DNA from: Octopus bimaculoides
Taxonomy: Eukaryota
Assembly: GCF_001194135.2 (NCBI RefSeq)
Contig: NC_069000.1
Coordinates: 9,955,056 to 10,005,843 of the forward strand
Length of the DNA: 50,788 nucleotides
Reading direction: 5' to 3'
In this document: positions 23,683 through 33,842 of the stretch, piece after piece
How positions within the stretch are numbered: position 1 is the first letter of the stretch
How the letters are laid out: every line of letters starts with the position of its first letter
The notes under the pieces: generated by a model
Databases searched by the model: none
What the model saw: only the letters and a program-made list of their open reading frames with translations
What the model was told of the DNA's origin: nothing
Position numbers and translations under genes: made by a program

Positions 23683-24297
23683 ATGGAGAATCCTGAAAGA
23701 ACAAACGAAGATAGTGTGAATGATGTGAATAATGATCCAAGTACGGGTAATTTGTTACGAACATCGAATGATCCGAGCCCAACACGTCGGCTGTCATTAA
23801 CTTCCGATGCCGGTAATGAGGAAAACATCGAAATGACAGCGCTAAGAGAATCTCAACAACATCAACACAACTACCAGCTTCAGAACCAATGGTTCCCTAC
23901 CATTTCTTATCGTTTACCCTGGACCTTAATACTCAGTTATCAGCTGTTGTCGTTATTCAGTTTGTTCTCCGGCCTTATACATCTCGTAAACACAATACAC
24001 TTTGTTCTAAATACTAATGAGTATGTGACTATTATTCTAGATGTGTTCATAGTCGTCAATTCGCTGATAATTATCTACCTTGTCTTTCCATTTTCGAAGC
24101 AAAAGCCAGTTTTCTCAACTCGCAACCATCTCCTCTGTTTTGTATGCACCATTTTTATTATCTTGTCCACTTTCCTTATCCTTATGTTACATTACGACGG
24201 GATTATTTTGGCAATTCTTATCAGTACTTTCATACTTTGGCTTCTGTTGTGTGTGCCGAGTTTTCTGCCGAATTTTACAGTTATTCAAAATCTGTAA
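23683..24297 (+). CDS. Orphan 4-TM family paralogue 6 (204 aa)
   Basis: MENPERTNEDS, PTRRLSLTS..NEENIEMTAL, four TM segments, ends NFTVIQNL. Upstream block at 23373-23421. Confidence 0.9.
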   Translation: MENPERTNEDSVNDVNNDPSTGNLLRTSNDPSPTRRLSLTSDAGNEENIEMTALRESQQHQHNYQLQNQWFPTISYRLPWTLILSYQLLSLFSLFSGLIHLVNTIHFVLNTNEYVTIILDVFIVVNSLIIIYLVFPFSKQKPVFSTRNHLLCFVCTIFIILSTFLILMLHYDGIILAILISTFILWLLLCVPSFLPNFTVIQNL

Positions 24298-24854
24298 CCA
24301 CCTAACTTTCTGTATTTGATCACTCCATTTTCTTTTTCATAATTTTTTATGGAATTTATTTCTTATTACATTTTAAGCATTTCAAATGACTTTTAAAGAT
24401 TTTTGTAAATAAATTTAAATATAACCAAACATTCTAATTACAGTGACTATACTGTCGGAAACATTCTCTTTTAACACAAAGCGCGACAGACCACGAACGT
24501 GGCCCAGATAGATGCATTTAATTTATGGGCGTTTGTTGAAATGTCTGTCAAGAGATAGATCAACTAATGACTTTTCAGATAATGTAAATTTTGTCACTGT
24601 GTGCATGGTAGTCTCATTTTCATAAAATGCGCTCAGCAGTCCACGCTATGTAATTGCAAATCCCAGCGCTTTATGGGGTAATATTCGCAATTTCCTGGTT
24701 GCGTTGAATTACTGAATTTTACACCCTGAACTTTGCTGAAATCGTATTGCATTTCACATGATGTAAGAAATGCTTGTAAGATTGAATACTGAAATGCCGA
24801 CGATACACAAAACTCAGATTTCATTAATTTAGTAAAACCTAAGAATCACTACAG

Positions 24855-25390
24855 GGTTAGTGGTGGAGTATTATTCGCTAAAAACAGGTTATCCGTCTTC
24901 CTATTGCAAAAAAAAAAAAAGATCTTCACAAAACAATTTTACTAGGGTGGACCACCTAACGTTTTTATACTATAACCTCTAAATACTACATCTACTTTCC
25001 GAACACCTCAAACCAGTAATTCTTTGACCATATCACCTCCTACATTAGGAATGTCTCACTTCACCCCTTTCTGAAATCTTCGTCCTAGTGACTTCAACAC
25101 TCACAGCTCCTGGTCACTCTTACACTCATTTCATATCGACGCAGAAACAGAACCTTTTGCAACTGTCAACTCCCTCGTCACCTTCTCCCCCCCTACCTAC
25201 CCCAAATCTCGTTCTGGATCGATATGACATTAATACTCCAAACACTTGAACTCTTCCTTGCCTCAAATTGCACTCAATACCGTTACCGTCTACGCAACTA
25301 TGAGATTCTCTGATCATTGCCTCGTCGTAATATCCAAACACAATAACATGCTACTCAGCTCCTCTTTCCCTCTGGACAAGTGAACTACTA
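24855..25390 (+). mobile_element. Decayed LINE apurinic-endonuclease fragment (CR1-like)
   Basis: Remnants resembling GGGV, IY.PN and SEIFVL.DFNTH, interrupted by stops. Confidence 0.45.
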
Positions 25391-26092
25391 TAAAAAAAAT
25401 GATAAAAATATGGTATACAGAACTTCGAATAAAAAATCCGACGTTGACCTTCACTAGTTTCTTCTGACTACGAACGTGTGTTTGTGTGCGTGCATGAAGC
25501 TATTGTCAACTACCAATGCTGTCATTTTGCTCTGTTATTCTCAACAATCCTGTTGATTCTTTATGACCGGGCACATTTTTTTTCTTTTTTAAATTTTCTG
25601 CGGGGAAAGGGGCGTTCTAAATGAACTTCAAATAAGTATTGAATATTTGCTTAAAGCGTGAGAATCTCGTCTCCTTCCCGCGCATACAACTTCACTAAAT
25701 TTTTATGTTGCAGACCGCTATTTGTTTCTTTAACAAAAATAGTAACACGATGTCTGTTAAAATCTTAGTGTTATTCGAGTGTACTAAATCTGAAATTCAA
25801 CCGGCAATGTGCATGTCCTTATAGTTATTCAATAAAGAAATAGAGAAATTGTAGAGCTATAGTTTGAAATATTTATAATTTAATGCGGTAATTAACTTAT
25901 AATACTCTAAGGAATAGATTGCAAGTAGTTTGTCGCGGTTGAAATGATTTATTAGTTCAATTTGGCAACCAATTATAATAAAGAAATGTATACTTTGAAA
26001 CTAACAAGGCCATTTCATAACCCTGAAAAAATTCTGTTTCGCCTCAAGTTATGGGAAAATGAAAAATTCTAGTTTGTTGATCCTGCTATACA

Positions 26093-26971
26093 ATGTCTCT
26101 TTTTCTCCTCAGATCTGAAAAAATTAAGATCAATAGAGCAACAATAAGAGACTTTCTCTTCACCGACGATGCGGCACTTGTTGCTCACAGTGAATTAAAT
26201 CTACAAATAATGATGGACCACCTTTCATCAGCATACAAGGCCTTCAGTCTGGTCATCAGTGTAAAGAAGACAATCATTCTCACTCAGGAGGGCGCAGTGA
26301 AAGGCCATATCAGGCTTGATGACAAAGAGCTTGAGACAGTGGACAGGTTCTGCTATCTAGGGTCTACCGTTTCCTCTTCTACTTCACTTGATGATGAGAT
26401 TAACGTCAGGATAGGGAAGGCAGCAACGACTTTCGGAAGGCTGACAAAACGAGTTTGGAAGAACAAGAGATTAGACATCAAGACAAAGGTCAGGATTTAT
26501 GAAGCATGTGTTCTCAGCACACTCCTCTATGGATCTGAAACATGCACCTTGTACAGCAGACAGGAAAGGTGCCTCGGTATTTTCCACGTCAGATGCCTCT
26601 GCAAGATCTCAGTCCTAACATGGCGCGACAAGGTCACGAATGTTGAAGTGGTGGCCCAGGGGAATCTTCAAAGCATGACAGCTATCTTGTGTATGAGAAA
26701 ACTGAGGTGGCTGGGGCATGTTAGGAGAATGGATGACCATCGAATCCCGAAGCAACTGATCTATGGAGAACTGGCCCAGGGCAAGAGACCAAGAGGAAGA
26801 CCAAAACTGAGGTATAAGGACACTTGCAAAACTAGTTTGTCCAAGTGTGAGGTGGATGTCAGCACCTGGGAAGAGAGGGCTGAGGACAGAAAAACATGGA
26901 GGACTGTGGTGAAGGAACTGCTTCGCAGTGGAGACGCTGAAAGATTTGGTGGAGACAGTGTCAATTGGTGA
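26093..26971 (+). mobile_element. RTE-clade LINE, 5'-truncated reverse transcriptase C-terminal part
   Basis: LFTDDAAL, FCYLGS, RIGKAATTFGRL, LLYGSET, LRWLGHVRRMDDHRIPKQLIYGEL and RPRGRPKLRYKD are typical RTE RT/C-terminal motifs. Confidence 0.9.
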
Positions 26972-28329
26972 ACTGGTATTGAAAATGTGGCCAAAAAGGC
27001 CACATTAGAGCACACTGCCCTCTGCAAAAGCGAAAAACAGAAGAAATGCCGGCAAAGAAGCAAGAGAAGGAAAAAGAAAAAGAGGTGGAAAGAGAAGAAG
27101 AATGGAAAGTGGTTGATGGAAAAAGGAAGAAGTTGAAAAAATGTAATGTGGGATCCCAATCCTTGCCCACCCCACCCATACCCTCTGAGGCCCATCCTCT
27201 CCCTACATTCACTGAAACCACCCATTCCCCTCCTAAACAAGCTGAAAAGAAAAACGAATCGCAGACACAACAAAGCACAAAAACTTTTCCTCCCCATCAA
27301 GTAAACTATGCGTGCATAATGACGGACGAGGAAAATACGGAGCTAATCCGGATGGTAACGGACTGGAAGATAGCAAAGTTTGTGAGTACATATGGTTACC
27401 AGGGTAAAATAGGGTGGAATATGTGCATGCTGTTTTCAGAAGGACAGATGGAACAAGTTAAGAAATACATAAAAAAGATTTGAAATGCTGGAAAATAAAT
27501 ACAGACATTAAGGATATACCAGATAACATACCATGTGATGAACTATTAGCAAAATATGGTACAGACGTGATAGTGGGGCTAGAAGAAATAAAGGGACTCG
27601 AAAGGAAGTAAGTGCTGTTGCTTGCTGTGGGGCGAGTGGCACATTTCCATATTTTCATTACTCATTTCATATCATCATATTTATAGTTTTATTTAGATTT
27701 TAATTTTAATTTTCTGTTATATGTCCCCACAAGTGTGTTTGTTTGTCCCCTCTTCGTTGGCCCCTTGTGGGTAATAAAAGAAAGAAATATATAAATTGAT
27801 AATTTCTCAGACGGTGATCTGGTACGTTTGTTTAAATCGTAGGATGATGTTTTCTTTTTCTTTTTTTCTTTCTGGTGTTTATGTTTTTAGTTCAGATCTA
27901 ACCGCGGTGAGAATACGAACATCTTATTTTTGGTAAGTAAAATTTTAGGAGCATGACACCAAAAGGTAGGCTGGTCCTACTGATTTAATGAATAGCAGTG
28001 TAGTTGACATAGAACTAATTTATTTTAAGAAAAACAAACAGAAAGGATATGTCGTTCCAAGTACATCAAATAAATTTTTTTGACTTAACTAAGAATTGAA
28101 ACCGTGTCGTAGTTTCGAATGATAAACGAGAGAGAGAGAAAGAGAGGTGTTGGAATAGTTCATTTAAGACAGTTTGAAAACCAGAACAAGATAAGTAGAC
28201 TTTTTTATTTTGTTAATTTCATTGTTTTTTTTAGATAATAAAGAGAAAGCTTGGTCAGTTGTTCTGTTGGAGGAAAATTTTGATATCAGTTTGGTTTCAT
28301 ATCAGTTGGAGATTATATCCCTAGAAAGA

Positions 28330-29241
28330 ATGGAGGACTCGGAAAGAACTGATGGAGACGATTCTGGGGAAAATTTAAGAACAGATGGAGATAGCCCTGA
28401 AGATAATTTGAGAACGGATGGATATATCCCTGAAGATAATTTGAGAACGGATGGATATATCCCTGAAAATAATTTGAGAACGGATGGAGATAGCCCTGAA
28501 GATAATTTGAGAACGGATGGAGATAGCCCTGAAGATAATTTGAGAACGGATGGAGATAGCCCTGAAGATAATTTGAGAACGGATGGAGATAGCCCTGAAG
28601 ATAATTTGAGAACGGATGGAGATAGCCCTGAAGATAATTTGAGAACTAGTGAAGATAGTATGCGGGTTAATTTGTATAATGCTCCAAGTATGAACAATTT
28701 GCAACGAGCCGCGAATATTTTGTGGTCAAGACCCTCACCATTAATCATTTCCAACAATCTCAGCAACGAAGAAAGCATAGAAATGACTGCACGAAGAGCA
28801 TCTCAGCAACCCCAGCAATACGGCCGACATCGGCTCGCTACTAATTATTATAAGATACACTGGCTCTATCTACTCGTCTGTCTGGCGTTATGCGTACTCA
28901 GTTTCTCATGCAGCACAATACATCTGCTGAAGGTAGCTTACCACTTTCCAAAGACAGTAACTGAATACATGAGTGCTTTTTTAGACCTGGTTATAGATGG
29001 CAGTGCGTTGATAATCTTTTGTATAGTTTTCCCATTTTCGAAACGGGGAGCTGTTTTACGCAGCCGCCGTCTCATCCAGTGTCTCTTATGTGCCTTATGT
29101 AAACTCATGTCTGCTACAGTTATCTTTGGTTTACTACATGATTGGATTATGCTAGCTGTTCTCGTCAACAGTATCACACTTTTGACTTTGTTGTGTGTAC
29201 TGGGCTTGCGGATGAATTTCTCATCTCTTCAAAATCGATAA
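28330..29241 (+). CDS. Orphan 4-TM family paralogue 7 (303 aa), with a 33-bp repeat expansion
   Basis: Start assigned to ATG 28330 (MEDSERTDGD) by homology. EDNLRTDGDSP repeats, NEESIEM, four TM segments, ends NFSSLQNR. Confidence 0.9.
   Translation: MEDSERTDGDDSGENLRTDGDSPEDNLRTDGYIPEDNLRTDGYIPENNLRTDGDSPEDNLRTDGDSPEDNLRTDGDSPEDNLRTDGDSPEDNLRTDGDSPEDNLRTSEDSMRVNLYNAPSMNNLQRAANILWSRPSPLIISNNLSNEESIEMTARRASQQPQQYGRHRLATNYYKIHWLYLLVCLALCVLSFSCSTIHLLKVAYHFPKTVTEYMSAFLDLVIDGSALIIFCIVFPFSKRGAVLRSRRLIQCLLCALCKLMSATVIFGLLHDWIMLAVLVNSITLLTLLCVLGLRMNFSSLQNR
28399..28629 (+). repeat. 33-bp coding tandem repeat (EDNLRTDGDSP), 7 full units plus partial flanking units
   Basis: gaagataatttgagaacggatggagatagccct; two units read GYIP. 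Confidence 0.95.
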
Positions 29242-31019
29242 CGTCTACTTCTCAATACATATGATCATTCGTGTTTTGTTTTTCGGTTTTTATATAGTTT
29301 AACTTTTTAATATTTTGTCTATAAAAAAATTGTTTTAAAAAAATAACACGTAACCAAACCTTTTAAATAAGGACTACACTCGTACATAGTGATTTTATGC
29401 TTATTTCTTAAATAGTTTCTGTAAATTAAACATAATTTTTCAAACGCTTTACATTAATCAATTGTACATTGTTTCGCGTTATGGAATCCCTCTAGTCTTT
29501 ACATAAGAAATGCACGTGGTATTTAATCCTAATATATCAAAAATTCACATTCACACATAACAAAGTGACGAACTACATTTGCGACCTACTACAATTGTAA
29601 GGGAAAGATTCTTTGCTAGAAACGTCAAGATTCCCACCTCCCGATGGTAAATAGACTTTCACAAAATAATTTTACTGTTGAAGACAACCACTAACATTTT
29701 GTGACTATAACATATAAGTACATGTGTTTTTCTAACTCCTCAAACCACCAGTAACTCTTTGACACTATCACCGCTTGCATTGGAGATTCTCTCTCATATT
29801 ATCACTTCACATGTGAAAATATTTCAACAAAATGGTGTCCTTTCAACCAAACAAAGCTGAAAACGGTGACACAACGTTACATTTTCCATTTTCAAGATGT
29901 TATTGTCCATTTTATAAAACTCGGAACGTTCTCCTTGTATACTAAAACTGTGGAATACAACAAGCAAGCGATCGTAATGTGACTGTAACATACACAAAGA
30001 ATTGGGGAGGGGAAAATCTATAGTTCTTTCCTTAAAAAAAAGTAATGTAAATATAAGCGGAATAATCTAAGGATTAAATTCCCGTCTTCTTGATGTAATC
30101 GATACTATTTATTGGATCGATCTGGTTTGTGGCATTGACAGCCATCAAAACTAAAGTGTGATATGACACTAACCAGGCGTTTTACTAACACTGAGAAATA
30201 TATGGCTTCGCAACACGCTAAGAAAATTGAGATATTGTCTTGGTTTCAGGACAAGGCTCCTCGAATGATCAGATACCGCATCAACAAATACTGAGGTGTT
30301 GTAGAGAACCTTAGCACTTGCAGTGAGTGCATGACACTGGTTCAGCCTAATTCAGGAACATTAAGTTCGATATACATTACTAGATTCACTCGCATGGACG
30401 AATGACTCCAGCATCGTGTTTGTCTTTTTTTTTTTCTTTTCCTTTTCATTTATGAAGATTTTTATCAATAGAAAGAATAATACAATAATAGAAGAGTGCT
30501 TCATAAAGCTCAAAGGCTCAGAAATGATGGATAGCTGGTCGGTTATATTGAGCAACAGTAATGCCAATGTCAACCAAAGGCGTGATTATGGAAAGTGAGT
30601 TTGCCGGTCTGTCCATATTTGGTATTCAAGCAATCAATAGCTATTGGATTGTCGATATTAGCTTTTGGTATTCGTTAGCATTAGTTATAATGCTTAACTG
30701 TTAAGAATTCACCGTACTATTACGTCTAATATTGTGAACGGTTCAGATTAGTGAGCTGTGTACAACAGAAACGGCGAATGTGATGGGCTTTAGCTACATA
30801 CTATCAATCACAGTCAATATTTTATTGATCCTGTCTTTAGAGTTCGGGTTCAAAACATTGAGTGAGATAAAGTGACAACGAAAATAAGGTTGATCCGGAC
30901 AATAAAAGGGTGAAGAGGTGCATTTGCTCTAGAGCAAATCTAGATCGTTTAACTTTTACTAGTTTCAGTCATTGGACTGCGGTCATGCTGGTGTACCGCC
31001 TTGAAAATTAAGACTTTCA

Positions 31020-31119
31020 GCATTTAGCTTCCAAGCAGTCAACCATCAAAGTACTGACTTGGCTCGACGTTGCTTAACTTCGATGGTCGAACGAAAAACC
31101 AATGCTTTCAACGTGATTA
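31020..31119 (-). pseudogene. 5S rRNA pseudogene / 5S-derived fragment
   Basis: The minus strand reads atcacgttgaaagcattggtttttcgttcgaccatcgaagttaagcaacgtcgagccaagtcagtactttgatggttgac, colinear with animal 5S rRNA but with many substitutions and degraded ends. Confidence 0.8.
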
Positions 31120-32604
31120 TATTTTGCCTAATAAAATACAAATAGTGTTCTCGTAATTTGCTCTGGAAAAAAAATGGAGTAATTCCTATTTTTTTTTTTT
31201 CCTCTTGCGAAAACAGAATATCCAAATTCAATAAAGACGGACACAAAATTCCTCCTTGAGTCAATTAAACCAGCTACATAGAAATGGTTTTAAATTTTAG
31301 CACAGGGTCAGCATTCATAGGGNNNNNNNNNNNNNNNNNNNNNNNNNNNNNNNNNNNNNNNNNNNNNNNNNNNNNNNNNNNNNNNNNNNNNNNNNNNNNN
31401 NNNNNNNNNNNNNNNNNNNNNNNNNNNNNNNNNNNNNNNNNNNNNNNNNNNNNNNNNNNNNNNNNNNNNNNNNNNNNNNNNNNNNNNNNNNNNNNNNNNN
31501 NNNNNNNNNNNNNNNNNNNNNNNNNNNNNNNNNNNNNNNNNNNNNNNNNNNNNNNNNNNNNNNNNNNNNNNNNNNNNNNNNNNNNNNNNNNNNNNNNNNN
31601 NNNNNNNNNNNNNNNNNNNNNNNNNNNNNNNNNNNNNNNNNNNNNNNNNNNNNNNNNNNNNNNNNNNNNNNNNNNNNNNNNNNNNNNNNNNNNNNNNNNN
31701 NNNNNNNNNNNNNNNNNNNNNNNNNNNNNNNNNNNNNNNNNNNNNNNNNNNNNNNNNNNNNNNNNNNNNNNNNNNNNNNNNNNNNNNNNNNNNNNNNNNN
31801 NNNNNNNNNNNNNNNNNNNNNNNNNNNNNNNNNNNNNNNNNNNNNNNNNNNNNNNNNNNNNNNNNNNNNNNNNNNNNNNNNNNNNNNNNNNNGAAATGAG
31901 ACAGAAACAATAAAATTTATCTTACAAAAAGCAGGATACGTTCATTTAGCTCTCAAATGTCTACAATTCCTACAATACAACTGTTTTTTTTTTCTTAACT
32001 CTTTTATAATATATATGAAATTCAACAAAGGTAAATTTGTCGCTGACAGGGTTTGAACTCAGTTGTGTCTTGTTTTGTCTATCAACTGTGTATATGTTTT
32101 GCATTTAAATTTTTAATCGCATCTCAATGTTGAATCATACGTTTTCATCTGACCTCAGAATCAAATTGTGTTGGCCCCCCTCTATGTTGGCTCCTAGTGG
32201 TCAACAAAAAATGAGAGAGGAACGAATTAAATGTTGCGACACAAGAAGCTCCCGATAATTTTATAACCTTTCTAGATGGGTGTTCGAACTTTAGAAATTC
32301 CTCCCTACATACAATATCAAATAATGCAGAAAGAGGAACTCCAAAAGTCATGAAAACCTTACGTGCTCCCCTTGTGTGCTTCGTCGGGTAACAGCGTGTT
32401 AAACTTTGAAACGGGTTAAAACTGACGTCTTGGTATCTTTCGTATTAAACAGTGTAAATATGGACGCAGATATGACTGTGTGGTTAGGAAGTTTGCTTTG
32501 CAACTATGCGATTCCAAGTTCAATCCCTCTGTGCGACACTTTGAATGAATGTCTTCTACCATATCATCAGGTCGAGTAAATCCTTTATGAGTAGAATATG
32601 GTAA

Positions 32605-32825
32605 ATGACTATTGCGTAAAGGCTTAACGGAACGACTACTCTTGTTTTTTGGTTGGTGGACTTAATCGTTTTCCTCATTTAACGCCATCACTTGGCCAAC
32701 CTGCGGAGTCTACCCTGGAATAAACATTCAAACCAAAGACCCCGTCTTGGAATAACTTCCTTCCTTCGTGTTACCAATGTCCTGCTGTAAAGGATCTTGA
32801 AGGTTACCCTATCACTAAGCCATAT
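32605..32825 (+). pseudogene. Disrupted third copy (C) of the 64-aa small ORF
   Basis: MTIA*RLNGTTTLVFWLVDLIVFLI*RHH...FLRVTNV aligns codon for codon with copies A and B over the first ~28 codons. It has in-frame stops and later frameshifts, and is preceded by the same SINE head (32465-32605). Confidence 0.65.
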
Positions 32826-33842
32826 ATATAGATTTTTAAAAAAACACGAAAAAAATATCATGAAGTGAGATTTTTTTCCAGTCACGAATTGAAACTGTGG
32901 TATGACGTCAGTGTCTGGGGAGGCTGACCGGAAGGGGAAAAAGGGCAGAGGGAGCCTCGATCGGGATTCGTGCCCTTTTTCGAACGGGGCTGCGGTCAGT
33001 ACAAGACGTGTTAAGCGACGGTCCAGGTTTGGGAAGGTTTGGGAGAAGCAGCTGCTATTCCTGGTGTACTTTGGGTCGGGGCAAGCTTCAAGGATCGGAT
33101 ACCGCAAGACGGACTCGCAGTCGAGGAAAGGAAAACTGAGGGAAGGCGATTACATCTACTCGTACGCACACGCCACAGAAACCAAGAAATGATTGTAGCT
33201 AGTCAGAAGTTTACGTTTTAATGTGCAGCTCTCAACACATTTATAAAGTTGATTCTTGATGATTAGATACAAATTTATATGACTCCTTACCGAGTCATAT
33301 AAACTAGACGGGACACCGGTCCGTCGCAGGGTTACTTATTTGCTAGCTGAGTGGACAAGAACAAAGTGAAATGAAATATTTTGCTTAAGAACACAACGCA
33401 TTACCTAGCCCAGGAATCGAAACTGCAATCTTATGATCATGGCTACTAACACCTTAACAACTGAGTTACAGGCCTCCGCCACTGGATACAAACCGAAAGG
33501 TAGCATTCATACATTTCTAACAACATTAAAAACCTAAGTGAAGTTTGATGACCTAGACTAAGAATTGAAATTGTGTCGTAGATTCGAATGCAAAAATACG
33601 TATAGTGATTAACCAAAGAAAATGGAAGGGAAAAAATGGAAAGCAAAGCGCGCGCAAGTCGAAATGGTGGACTAATTCATTTAAGGTGAGTTTTAAAATT
33701 TAAAAGAAAAATAGGGAAGTAGTTTTTCTTTCTTTTTAATTTCCATTTCCGGAAGAACAAATACAAAACAAAACCGGCTGTTAATATTTCAAACGGAGGA
33801 AAGCTCTCATATCATTCGGTTTCAAAACGGCTAAAGAAGATT

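Noticed and set aside
28399-28629. CRISPR-like array
   Set aside because: The units are contiguous with no unique spacers, they are in frame within a CDS, and the context is eukaryotic.
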